From Vicinamibacteria bacterium (GTDB lineage: Bacteria > Acidobacteriota > Vicinamibacteria > Vicinamibacterales > JAENWD01): a stretch of DNA of 64,000 nt. Each line of letters opens with the position of its first letter. The first letter of the stretch is position 1. A program made the position numbers and the translations under genes. Location of the stretch: assembly GCA_963796915.1 (NCBI GenBank), contig CAWCNI010000004.1, positions 2,894,821-2,958,820 of the forward strand. The letters are read 5' to 3'. Below are positions 49,740 to 59,200 of this stretch, one piece after another. The notes under the pieces were generated by a model. It ran no database searches and was not told the origin of the DNA. It saw nothing but the letters and a program-made list of their open reading frames with translations.

Positions 49740-50363
49740 CTAGTCGATCGATCCGAGGAGCCGCCACGCCATCGGCATGATCGTCGCGGCGAGGCACACC
49801 TTGATCAGGTCGGCGACGACGAACGGATACAGGCCGACGGCCAGGGCTGCGGCCAGCGAGCGATGATCGGCGCCTGGCGCAAATGCCGCCAGCCAGCTGA
49901 CGCCGCCGGCGAAGACCACTGCCAGCCCGGCGATCATGGCGGCGACTGATGTGAGATATCGTCGGTCCAGACCGCGACGGGCGAGAGTGCCCGCAACCCA
50001 GGCGGCCAGCGGATAACTCAGAAGGTATCCGGCAGTCGGGCCGATCAGGCGCAGCGCTCCCTGCGGCAGCTCAGGCGACGCGGCAAAGACCGGAAGGCCG
50101 GCCAGTCCTGCCGCCAGATAACAGACCTGACTGAGCAGCCCCAGTTCCGGGCCGAGTACCACGCCGCTGAGCAGCACGACCATCGGCTGGAACGTGAACG
50201 GCACCGGCGTGAACGGCAGCGGAATGCTGATCTGCGACGCCGCCGCCGTCAGGACTGTCATGAACAGCGTCGCGGCAAGCTTGAGAGGCACCTCGATGCT
50301 GTGGGCGTCGGCCGAGGCCAGCGCGGCCTCCATGAACACGGGCGCGCGGCGGGATGGCAACAT
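49740..50363 (-). CDS. bioY: Biotin ECF transporter S-component BioY
   Basis: PFTPVPFTFQ, GLAGLPVFA, GPTAGYLLSY and PFVVADLIK motifs. Confidence 0.92.
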   Translation of the reverse strand: MLPSRRAPVFMEAALASADAHSIEVPLKLAATLFMTVLTAAASQISIPLPFTPVPFTFQPMVVLLSGVVLGPELGLLSQVCYLAAGLAGLPVFAASPELPQGALRLIGPTAGYLLSYPLAAWVAGTLARRGLDRRYLTSVAAMIAGLAVVFAGGVSWLAAFAPGADHRSLAAALAVGLYPFVVADLIKVCLAATIMPMAWRLLGSID

Positions 50364-50382
50364 GCGGGCGGAATTCTAACGT

Positions 50383-51177
50383 ATGGCCACAGCCCTGACA
50401 ATTGCAGGCAGCGATTCTGGCGGCGGCGCCGGGATTCAGGCCGATCTGAAGACCTTCGCCGCCCTCGGCGTCTACGGGACGAGCGCCATCGCGGCCCTGA
50501 CCGCCCAGAACACCGTCGGCGTCGAAGGCGTGCATGCCGTGCCGCCTGCGTTTGTGGCCCTCCAGATCGACGCCGTTGCCAGGGACATCAGGATCGACGC
50601 CGTGAAGACGGGCATGCTCGCCACGCCGGACGTGGTCGAGGCCGTGGCCGAGGCACTGGTCCGCTGGAGCCTCCCCAACGTGGTGGTGGATCCCGTCATG
50701 GTGGCCAAAAGCGGCGACCAACTGCTGGCAGAGGCCGCTATCGACACCGTCCGCCGGACCCTCCTGCCTCGGGCGGCCGTCGTGACGCCCAACCGCATGG
50801 AGGCCGAAGTGCTGCTCGGGCGGACGCTCCGTACTCTCGACGACGCCAGGGACGCGGCGAAGCGCCTCGCCGATCTCGGTCCGCGCGCGGCGGTCGTCAA
50901 GGGCGGGCACTTCGACGGAGTCGATGTGGTCGACGTGCTGTACGACGGGACGACGTTGCACGAGTACCGGCACCCGCGACAGCAGACACGAAACACGCAT
51001 GGCACCGGCTGCACGTTTGCCGCCGCCATTGCCGGTCGGCTGGCGCGAGGCGCGAGCCTCGAGGTCGCCGTCAGCGACGCCGCAGACTACGTGGCCGGTG
51101 CCATCCGCCACGGCCTGGCGATCGGCCACGGCCACGGCCCGCTCGATCACTTCTGGACGTTCCGGCTGCCCGACTGA
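50383..51177 (+). CDS. thiD: Hydroxymethylpyrimidine/phosphomethylpyrimidine kinase
   Basis: LTIAGSDSGGGAGIQADLKT, KTGML and NTHGTGCT motifs. Confidence 0.95.
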   Translation: MATALTIAGSDSGGGAGIQADLKTFAALGVYGTSAIAALTAQNTVGVEGVHAVPPAFVALQIDAVARDIRIDAVKTGMLATPDVVEAVAEALVRWSLPNVVVDPVMVAKSGDQLLAEAAIDTVRRTLLPRAAVVTPNRMEAEVLLGRTLRTLDDARDAAKRLADLGPRAAVVKGGHFDGVDVVDVLYDGTTLHEYRHPRQQTRNTHGTGCTFAAAIAGRLARGASLEVAVSDAADYVAGAIRHGLAIGHGHGPLDHFWTFRLPD

Positions 51178-51198
51178 GCGAGGCTATACTTGAACGTT

Positions 51199-51684
51199 AT
51201 GCCCGCCCGGCGGTTCGACGTCTCGTCCTCGCCTCTGTCGCTCGAGGCGCTGACCGGCGCCGTGACGGCCGCCGCGGGGGCATCGACCGGCGCCATTTCG
51301 AGCTTCGTCGGCCTGGTCCGCGGACAGAACCTCGGGCGGGAAGTGCGTTTTCTCGAATACGAGGCCTACGAGCCGCTCGTGTTGAAAGCGTTCGCTCGCA
51401 TCGAGGAAGAAGCCGCGGGCTGCTGGCCGTCGGTCACGATCGGCGTGCATCACCGCACCGGACGGGTGGACGTCGGCGACGCCAGCATCGCGATCGTCGT
51501 CAGCTCGCCGCACCGTGCCGCGGCGTTTGCCGCCTGCCGGTACGTCATCGAGCGAGTGAAGCAGATCGTGCCGATCTGGAAGCACGAGCACTTCGTGGAT
51601 GGCGATGCGTGGATCGAGGGCGCGACCGCCGACCCCGACGACGAAGCGGCGAGGGAAGCCGCACGGCGGCTGGCATGCGCGTGA
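51199..51684 (+). CDS. moaE: Molybdopterin synthase catalytic subunit
   Basis: GAISSFVGLVR, LEYEAY, HRTG, HRAAAF and PIWKHE motifs. Confidence 0.93.
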   Translation: MPARRFDVSSSPLSLEALTGAVTAAAGASTGAISSFVGLVRGQNLGREVRFLEYEAYEPLVLKAFARIEEEAAGCWPSVTIGVHHRTGRVDVGDASIAIVVSSPHRAAAFAACRYVIERVKQIVPIWKHEHFVDGDAWIEGATADPDDEAAREAARRLACA

Positions 51685-51920
51685 AGGTGCGGCTGTTCGC
51701 CCGGCTGCGTGAGATTGCCGGCGCCGGCGAACTGGATCGGGACGTGCCCGACAACGCGACGCTTGGCACCGTGTGGGACGTGCTGGCGGGCGAGTTCCCG
51801 GCCTTCAGCGCGTATCGCGCGTCGGTGTCTGGCGCGGTCAACGCCGACTACGCCCGCCGCGATGCACACGTCCACGACGGCGACGAAGTGGCGTTCCTGC
51901 CGCCGGTGTCCGGCGGCTGA
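51675..51920 (+). CDS. moaD: Molybdopterin synthase sulfur carrier
   Basis: MRVKVRLFARLRE...GDEVAFLPPVSGG. Confidence 0.93.
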   Translation: MRVKVRLFARLREIAGAGELDRDVPDNATLGTVWDVLAGEFPAFSAYRASVSGAVNADYARRDAHVHDGDEVAFLPPVSGG

Positions 51921-51927
51921 TGACAAC

Positions 51928-51998
51928 AACCCGATCGAACCCGATCCAACCGGATCGAACCCGATCAAACCCGATTCGAAGCCGATAAGACCCGATAC
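51928..51998 (+). repeat. Seven degenerate 10-bp tandem repeats (AACCCGATCN) abutting the prfA start
   Basis: aacccgatcg aacccgatcc aaccggatcg aacccgatca aacccgattcg aagccgataa gacccgatac, then ATG. Confidence 0.85.
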
Positions 51999-53093
51999 AT
52001 GTTCGACAAGCTGAATGCCGTTGAAACCCGTTACAGCGAGCTCGCGTCGCTCCTCGCGGACCCGTCTGTCCAGAGCGACGCGTCGAAGTATCGCGAGCAC
52101 GCAAAGGCGCTCGCCGAGCTCGAGCCGCTCGTGGACAAGTACCGGGAGTACAAACGCGCCGCTGAGCAGGCGCACGGCGCCGACGAGCTCGTCAAAGGCG
52201 GCGATGCCGAGATGGCGGCGCTCGCCAAAGAGGAACTGAACGAGCTGCGGCCGCGCATCGACACGATGCTCGACGAGCTGAAGGTCCTGCTCCTGCCCAA
52301 GGACCCCAACGACGAGAAGAACGTCCTGCTCGAGATTCGCGCCGGGACCGGGGGCGACGAGGCGGCGCTGTTTGCCGGAGAGCTGTTCCGGATGTACTCG
52401 CGGTTCGCCGAGCGCCAGGGCTGGAAGATGGACGTCATGTCGCTCAGCGAGACCGGCATCGGCGGCATCAAGGAAGCGATCGCGTCCATCGAGGGCAAGC
52501 GCGTTTACAGCCAGCTGCGCTACGAGAGCGGCGTGCATCGCGTGCAGCGCGTGCCGGCCACCGAGGGCAGCGGCCGCATCCACACGTCTACCGCCACTGT
52601 CGCCGTGCTGCCCGAAGCCGAGGAAGTGGACATCCAGGTCCAGGAAAAGGACATCCGGGTGGACACGTTCTGTTCGAGCGGCCCCGGCGGTCAGAGCGTG
52701 AACACGACGTACTCCGCGGTCCGCATCACGCACATTCCGACCGGACTCGTCGTCTCGCAGCAGGACGAGAAGTCGCAGATCAAGAATCGCGCGAAGGCGA
52801 TGAAGGTCCTGCGCGCGCGGCTGTACGAAATCGAAATGCGCAAGCAGCAGGAAGCCATCGCCAAGGACCGCCGCAGCCAGGTCGGGACCGGCGAGCGCTC
52901 CGAGAAGATCCGCACCTACAACGTCCCGCAGAGCCGCATCACCGACCACCGCATCAACTTCACGACTCACCAGCTGGTCGGCGTGCTGAACGGCGATCTC
53001 GACGAGCTCATCGAGGCTGTCACGTCGTACTACACGGCGGAGCGGCTCAAGGACGCCGTCGGTTCTGACGCCGGCAAGACGGGCCGGAGCTGA
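51999..53093 (+). CDS. prfA: Peptide chain release factor 1
   Basis: [14 protein letters not shown] (PxT) anticodon-mimic motif, GPGGQSVN and SEKIRTYN. Confidence 0.97.
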   Translation: MFDKLNAVETRYSELASLLADPSVQSDASKYREHAKALAELEPLVDKYREYKRAAEQAHGADELVKGGDAEMAALAKEELNELRPRIDTMLDELKVLLLPKDPNDEKNVLLEIRAGTGGDEAALFAGELFRMYSRFAERQGWKMDVMSLSETGIGGIKEAIASIEGKRVYSQLRYESGVHRVQRVPATEGSGRIHTSTATVAVLPEAEEVDIQVQEKDIRVDTFCSSGPGGQSVNTTYSAVRITHIPTGLVVSQQDEKSQIKNRAKAMKVLRARLYEIEMRKQQEAIAKDRRSQVGTGERSEKIRTYNVPQSRITDHRINFTTHQLVGVLNGDLDELIEAVTSYYTAERLKDAVGSDAGKTGRS

Positions 53094-53113
53094 CGCGGGC
53101 CGCGGCGAGGCCG

Positions 53114-53987
53114 ATGTCGCTTCACCGGCTTGCCCTTGCCGCCCGGCAGCGCCTGGTCACCGCCGGCATCCCGCCGGATCAGGCCGCCATCGACGCCGAC
53201 GTGCTCGCGCGGCGTGCCGCCGGGTGGGATCGCGCGACCTGGCTCGCCCATCGCGACGAGGACGGCGATCCCGACGTGACGGCACGGCTCGAGTCGTGGG
53301 TGGCGCGGCGTGAACTGCGCGAGCCGGTCGCGTACATCATCGGCGTCCGCGAAATTCTGGGGCCTCGATTTCACCGTCTCCCCTGCCGTGCTCATCCCAC
53401 GCCCCGAAACAGAGCTCATCGTCGAAACCGCCCTGGACGTGCTGGCCAAGAAGGACCGCGCGTGGGCCATCGCCGACGTCGGCACCGGCAGCGGCTGCCT
53501 TGCCGTGGCGCTGGCGCACGAGCGGCCCGCGGCGACGGTGGTAGCCAGCGACATCTCAGGCGCCGCGCTCGACGTCGCGAGCGGCAACGCGCAGCGCCAT
53601 GGCGTCTCCAGTCGCATCAGGTTCGTGCAGACGTCGCTGCTCGATGGCCTCTCCGGTCCATTCGACCTCATCGTCGCCAACCCGCCATATGTGCCGGCGG
53701 CCGCGCGAGCGTCACTCTCTCCGGATGTGAAGGACCACGAGCCGGAGGCCGCGCTGTTCGGCCACGGCGGGGACGGCCTCGACGAAATCCGCGCGCTGCT
53801 GGCGCAGGCCGGCTCGCGCCTGGCGCAGGACGGCGTGCTCCTCATGGAGTTTGGATTCGGACAGGGCGACGCGGTCCGCGACGCCCTGCAATCCGCGCCG
53901 GGCCTGCGCCTGGACAGGGTCCTGCGCGATCTGCAGGGGCATGAACGGACGCTTCTCGCGCGACGAGGGGCTCGGCTTGAGTGCTGA
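53114..53987 (+). CDS. prmC: Release-factor glutamine methyltransferase; +1 frameshift at about 53352-53354
   Basis: RREPVAYIIGVRE/FWGLDF..VLIPRPETE, DVGTGSG and NPPY. GAAATTC should read GAA TTC. Confidence 0.92.
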
Positions 53988-54069
53988 CGTGCTGAAGTGC
54001 CGGGGTGCGGAGGTGCGGTGCTGAAGTGCTGAAGTGCTGAAGTGCTGAAGTGTCGACGTGCGGAGTGCT
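53981..54069 (+). repeat. GTGCTGAA-type octamer tandem repeats downstream of prmC and hinT
   Basis: About 11 copies, four perfect in tandem at 54018-54049. Confidence 0.85.
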
Positions 54070-54098
54070 TCCAATCGTCAATCTCCACCGCAAGTGTC

Positions 54099-54440
54099 CT
54101 ACCCCGGTGGCCATCCCATCACGCGTCCCGCCAGCAGGTGCAGGTGGATATGGAAGACAGTCTGGCCCGCCTCGGCGTTGCAGTTCAGCACCGTCCGATA
54201 GCCGCGGGCTGCGTAGCCCTTCTCCGCCGCGATAGCGGCCGCCCGCCGGACCAGCATCCCGACAAGGCCATCGTCTTCGGCCGTGAGGTCGTTGGTGGTC
54301 GCGATGTGCCGTTTCGGAATCACCAGCACGTGTAACGGCGCCTGCGGGTTGATGTCGTTGAACGCAACGACGTCATCGTCTTCGTACACCTTCGATGCGG
54401 GAATCTCGCCGGCGACGATTCGGCAGAACAGGCAGGGCAT
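54099..54440 (-). CDS. hinT: Histidine triad nucleotide-binding protein
   Basis: CLFCRI, DINPQAPLHVLVIPK and GQTVFHIHLH motifs. Confidence 0.95.
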   Translation of the reverse strand: MPCLFCRIVAGEIPASKVYEDDDVVAFNDINPQAPLHVLVIPKRHIATTNDLTAEDDGLVGMLVRRAAAIAAEKGYAARGYRTVLNCNAEAGQTVFHIHLHLLAGRVMGWPPG

Positions 54441-54455
54441 CGGCGAATTATATAG

Positions 54456-54515
54456 GTGCTGAGGTGCAGGGGTGCGAAGTGCGGGAGTGCGGTGCTGAAG
54501 TGCTCAGGTGCTCAG
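54456..54515 (+). repeat. GTGCTGAA-type octamer tandem repeats upstream of hinT
   Basis: gtgctgag gtgcaggg gtgcgaa gtgcggga gtgcg gtgctgaa gtgctcag gtgctcag. Confidence 0.8.
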
Positions 54516-54517
54516 CC

Positions 54518-54938
54518 GGCCAATCTGAAGATTGGCCCTACAGACACACGTCGCCGACTACACCTGCACCGGTACGGCCGATCTTCAGGTCGGCCTTGGT
54601 CGTCGATCGCGTGGCAATCTGAAGACTGGCCCTACAGACACACGTCGCCGACTACACCTGCGCCGGTACGGCCGATCTTCAGGTCGGCCTGGGTCGTCGA
54701 TCGCGTGGCCAATCTGAAGATTGGCCCTACAGACACACGTCGCCGACTACACCTGCATCGGTACGGCCGATCTTCAGGTCGGCCTGGGTCGTCGATCGCG
54801 TGGCCAATCTGAAGATTGACCCTACAGGCGCACGTCGGCCGGCGACACCGTATCGGTAGGGCCAATCTTTAGATTGGCCACGAACTCTCGACTGGCCAAC
54901 CCATCGAGGCTCAAGGCCGATCTGAAGATCGGCCCTAC
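54518..54938. repeat. Second REP array (about 95-bp unit x3 plus a terminal REP pair)
   Basis: Inverted REPs end at 54541, 54635, 54730, 54825 and 54938; forward GTAC-variant REPs at 54572, 54666 and 54761; forward GTAG REP at 54856. Confidence 0.9.
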
Positions 54939-54953
54939 CGAAAACTCGGTCAG

Positions 54954-55778
54954 CTACGAATTCCGAATCGTCGTCAGCAGATAGCGCCCGCGCGCGTGCG
55001 TTGGGTCCAGCGCGAAATCGACGACGCGATAGCCGCGGGAGAAATAGCGCTGGAAGATCGCTCTCGATTCGAGGCGCCAGGCGCGCGCGAGGGCGGGGTC
55101 GGCGGACAGCATCGCCGTGTACTCCGTGGGAATCTCCACGTGCAGTCGCGGGTCGTCCAGATCGCCGTCGAAGCCCTGCGGCTCGATCCATCGACCGGCG
55201 GCGCCCGTGCGATTGACCACAGGCGCTGCAGCCACCGCGTGCGCCGTCGCGGTCAGCGCGGCTGGGCGGACCCGGCGCTCGACGTGCGGCGTGCGAATCC
55301 GCCACTGGCAGATGAACCTGTCGGTGGGCAGGCCGCCATGCAGCGGGCTGGTCGACTCGCCGTAGACGTTCTCGACGTACTCCTCGACGACCACGCCCAG
55401 GCGGGTGACGTTGAGATGGGCGTTGGCGGCCTGCAGCGGGTCCACGGTCCACTCGATCAAATCGAGCCCCAACGCGAGCACGCGCTCGCGTTGCGCCAGC
55501 TTCAGGTCGCGGCCCAGGCCGGAACGGCGATGGTCGGGATGCACGCCGAGCATGTGCGACCAGTGCGACGGCTTGTCTTCGCCAGGCTTCAGCGCGACAA
55601 AGGAATAGACAAAGCCGACCAGCCGCGCCGCGTCCCACGCGCCGACGAGCACCGCCCCGCGATGGACGGAGACCGCCAGGATGGGCACTGGCACCAGGTC
55701 GATCGGTCCCCAGATTTCAGCTTCGAGACGTTCGACCTGCTGAAACTCGTCGAGCGTCGTCAGATCGGCCAGGCGCAT
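54954..55778 (-). CDS. GNAT-family N-acetyltransferase
   Basis: HWSHMLGVHPDHRRSGLGRDLKLAQR, WTVDPLQAANAHLN and PTDRF motifs. Confidence 0.85.
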   Translation of the reverse strand: MRLADLTTLDEFQQVERLEAEIWGPIDLVPVPILAVSVHRGAVLVGAWDAARLVGFVYSFVALKPGEDKPSHWSHMLGVHPDHRRSGLGRDLKLAQRERVLALGLDLIEWTVDPLQAANAHLNVTRLGVVVEEYVENVYGESTSPLHGGLPTDRFICQWRIRTPHVERRVRPAALTATAHAVAAAPVVNRTGAAGRWIEPQGFDGDLDDPRLHVEIPTEYTAMLSADPALARAWRLESRAIFQRYFSRGYRVVDFALDPTHARGRYLLTTIRNS

Positions 55779-55781
55779 GGT

Positions 55782-56477
55782 CTAGAGGAGCGGCATCAGA
55801 TCGGCGAGCGTGTGGATCACGGGAACCGGGGTCTGCTCGCCTGCCGCGGAGAGCGGCTGGTCCCCCACCCCGCGCCGCACGAGCACCGCGCGCATTCCCA
55901 CGCCAAGGGCGCCCGCGATGTCCTGGCCCAGACTGTCGCCGACCATCACCGCGTCGGCCGCCGGGACGCCCATCAGCTGCAATGCCGCCATGAAGATGCT
56001 CGGGTGCGGCTTCAGGTAGCCGTGCGACGACGACGACAACGCGACGCTGATCAGGCCCTCGAGCTCGAAGTGGTTCTGGAACGAGGCGAGGCAGCGGTGG
56101 CTGTTGGAGATGAGCCCGATGCGGATCCCGCGCGCCGCAATCGCCTTCAGCGCCGCCGGCACGTCCTCGTACATCTCGAAATGATGGTTCGACGCCCACT
56201 CGTCGTAGATCTCGACGGCGCAGGGCTCGACGCCGGCACCAGCGCCGCCCATGCCCTCGATGATGAGCGCGGTGTAACGGTGGAAGATCGCGGGATCGTA
56301 GATGTCGCCTTGCGCGGCATCGAGCACTGGCGCCGCCAGGCGCACGGCGCCTTCGAACCGCGACTCGTCGAGCGCCATCCCGTGACGCTCGCCAAAGCGC
56401 CGGTAGCCTTCGCCGCGAAACGTCGGGCCCGGGTAGATGAGCGTGAAATCGACGTCGAAGAAAACAGCCGCCGTCAC
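55782..56477 (-). CDS. HAD-family hydrolase
   Basis: FFDVDFTL, ISN, KPHPSIF and VGDSLGQDIAGA motifs. Confidence 0.9.
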   Translation of the reverse strand: MTAAVFFDVDFTLIYPGPTFRGEGYRRFGERHGMALDESRFEGAVRLAAPVLDAAQGDIYDPAIFHRYTALIIEGMGGAGAGVEPCAVEIYDEWASNHHFEMYEDVPAALKAIAARGIRIGLISNSHRCLASFQNHFELEGLISVALSSSSHGYLKPHPSIFMAALQLMGVPAADAVMVGDSLGQDIAGALGVGMRAVLVRRGVGDQPLSAAGEQTPVPVIHTLADLMPLL

Positions 56478-57735
56478 GGGCCCGCCACGACGATGGACGC
56501 GTGGTCCGGCGAGAGGAAGCGATGGGCGACCTCGCTGACCTGCTCGAGCGTGACGTCGGCGAGCAGTTGAGGCAGCCTGTCGGCGAAATCGAGACCGAGA
56601 CCGAGGTACTCGGCGCCGTGCAGGAAGGCCGCGATGCCGCCGTTGGTTTCCAACACCCGCGGCATGGAGCCCACGAGATATCGCCGTGAATCCGACAGCT
56701 CGGCTTCCGTGATGCCGTCGCGTCCCATCCTGCCCACTTCCTCGTCGATGGCCGCCACGGTGCGGTCGACGTTCTCGGGGCTGACGCCTGCGCGAATGAC
56801 CAGCGGCCCCTCGGCGACGTTCGCGTCGAAGGAGCTGAACACGTAGTACGCCATGCCCTGCCGCTCGCGGATGTTGTCGCCAAGGCGGCCGCCCATCGCG
56901 TACTGGCCGAGGACGTTGTTCATCAACGTCAGCGCGTAGTACCGCGGATCGGCACGCACGATGGTCGGGTAGCCGTAGGCGATGTCTGCCTGCGGCTTGC
57001 CGGGCATCGGACGGTGGACGTAGTGTCTCGAGGCCGGCGGCGGCGCGTGCGGAGGTTCCAGCGGCGCGACGAGCGTTGGCGTCCAGTCGCCGAACGCCTG
57101 CTCCGCGAGATCGTGGACGCGGGACGCCTCGCAGTCACCGACGACGACGAGTCGCAGGCCCGACGGCCCGGCGTGGTCGCCGTGGAACTCAACGAGCGCG
57201 TCGCGCGAGATCGACTCGACCGACGCCACGGTCCCCCGCGCCAGGCGCCCGTATGGGTGGCCGTCAGGGTAGATCAAGGCCATCAGGCCTTCCGTTGCGA
57301 CCGCTGCCGGGTTGTCTTCGTCCTGCCGGATGCCCGTGACGATCGTGCCGCGGCGCCGCTCGACCTGATCGACGGAAAAGAGGGCCGCCGAATCACGTCC
57401 GCCAGCAGTTCGAGCACTGGCTCGACGTCCTCGGTCAGGCAGGCGCACGAGAACCAGAGCGAGTGACGCGTGACCCCGGTCGAGAGCGAGACGCCGCGAC
57501 CGTCGAGCGCGTCGGCGATGTCGTCGGCGGAGCGGCTGGTCGTGCCCCTGTCGATCACCCGCGAGACGAAGTGCGCGAGCCCGAGCGCGGAGTCCGGGTC
57601 GAAGCCGCTCCCGGCCTCGAGCGTGGCGTAGAACGTCACTGCCGGATGGGTGCTGGTCTGCCGGGCGATCACCACGGCGCCGTTGTCGAGTTGCCGGCGG
57701 ACCGGCGCCAGGCCGCGAGCCGCAGCTGACATCAT
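56474..57735 (-). CDS. M16 zinc peptidase, non-catalytic subunit; frameshift at about 57374-57380
   Basis: LDNG...GLAHFVSRVIDRGT (no HxxEH), then GHPYGR and RLGDNIRERQGMAYY in the second frame; one base missing near TCT TTT CC GTC. Confidence 0.85.
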
Positions 57736-59054
57736 GACCGGCCGGCGCCGGCGATCGGCTTGAAGGTCCCGACAGTGCAGGACGTCCCGCGAAGGTACTT
57801 CACCGCCACTCGTGCCACATCGTCGGGTGTGACGGCGGCAATGCGGGTGGGCATCGTGGTCAGGACGTCGAGAGACGCCACTGTGTGAAAGTAGCCAAGC
57901 TGGTGGGCGATGTTGGTGATGCTGTCGGCCTCGAAGACAACGCGCGCCCGCAGCTGATGTTTCGCGCGCGCCACTTCCTCCGGCGGCAGGCCGTCGCGGG
58001 TGACGCGGGCAAGCGCCTCCAGCAGCGCGGCCTCGAGCGTGGCGGTCGCGATGCCGTCGGTGACTGTGCACGACACCGAGTAGAGGAACGGGTGCTCGGT
58101 CGGCAGGATCGCGCCAAACACCGACGCGGCCAGGCCGGTTTCGACGAGCGCGCGGTAGAGCCGCGTGCTGCGCTGCGGCGGGTTGCGGAACGACGCCCAG
58201 ATGTTGACGCCCTTGGCGCCGGTCAGCGCCGCGTCGAGCACCAGCATCGGCGCGAAGTCGTCCGACGTCACCTCGGGCGCTCGCCAGGCGAGCTTCAGGT
58301 AGGCGGTGGTTCCGGGGCGCTCGACTGACACGCGACGCTCCCCGAGCTGGGCGGGCTCGTGGGTGACCAGCCTGCGGGGCAGGCTCGCCGCGCGAATCGA
58401 GCGGAAATGCGTGTCCACCCGCCGGAGCACGTCCTCGGTGTCGATGTCGCCGACGATCACCAGCGCGGCGTTGTTGGGCGCATACCAGCGCTTGTAGTAG
58501 CCGTACAGGTCGTCGCGCGACATCGAGCGAAGATCGCTCGCCCAGCCGATGGTGGGGTGGTGGTAACCATGCGCCTTGAAAGCCGCCGCCGTCACTTCAG
58601 TGTCGAGCAGCTGCTCCGGATCGTTGTCGCCGCCATCGAGCTCCGACAGGATCACCGTGCGCTCGGACTCACAGTCGTCGGGGTGATACAGACCCGACGC
58701 CATGCGCTCGGCCTCGATGAACAGCATGCGGTCCAGGGCGTCGGTGGACGCGGTCTCCATGTAGGTCGTCTGGTCCACCCAGGTGTAGCCGTTCCAGCTG
58801 CCGCCGAACTGCTCGATGATGCCCTTCACCTGGTCGCGCGGGATGTTGGTCGTGCCCTTGAAGTTCATGTGCTCGACCCAGTGCGAGACCCCGGTCTGGC
58901 CGGGGCCTTCGTCCTTCGAGCCGACCTTGTACCAACACCAGACAGATGCCAGGGGTGCGGTGTGCACTTCCTGTACGAGGACGGTGAGCCCGTTGTCGAG
59001 CTCGACGCGCCGGACAGGGATTTCGGACGGCAGGGCGGGGGCCGGTGAGGCCAT
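57732..59054 (-). CDS. M16 zinc peptidase, catalytic subunit
   Basis: WYKVGSKDE, GVSHWVEHMNFKGT (HxxEH) and WYAPNNA motifs. Confidence 0.93.
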   Translation of the reverse strand: MASPAPALPSEIPVRRVELDNGLTVLVQEVHTAPLASVWCWYKVGSKDEGPGQTGVSHWVEHMNFKGTTNIPRDQVKGIIEQFGGSWNGYTWVDQTTYMETASTDALDRMLFIEAERMASGLYHPDDCESERTVILSELDGGDNDPEQLLDTEVTAAAFKAHGYHHPTIGWASDLRSMSRDDLYGYYKRWYAPNNAALVIVGDIDTEDVLRRVDTHFRSIRAASLPRRLVTHEPAQLGERRVSVERPGTTAYLKLAWRAPEVTSDDFAPMLVLDAALTGAKGVNIWASFRNPPQRSTRLYRALVETGLAASVFGAILPTEHPFLYSVSCTVTDGIATATLEAALLEALARVTRDGLPPEEVARAKHQLRARVVFEADSITNIAHQLGYFHTVASLDVLTTMPTRIAAVTPDDVARVAVKYLRGTSCTVGTFKPIAGAGRS

Positions 59055-59200
59055 CCCCACATTATATCGGGCGAAATTGACGGCCCGAACCTTGCTATTG
59101 CTCAGTGTGCCAGCAGCGCCGCGGAAAGCGGTGTGTATGATGGCGACGAGTTGACGAATGGCTGAGGTTGCCGGCTCCACCGGCACCTGAGGAGACTGGA

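Noticed and set aside
53340-53360. Programmed frameshift in prmC analogous to prfB
   Set aside because: No slippery CTT-TGA or internal SD; a single extra A in a short run fits a sequencing indel like the others.
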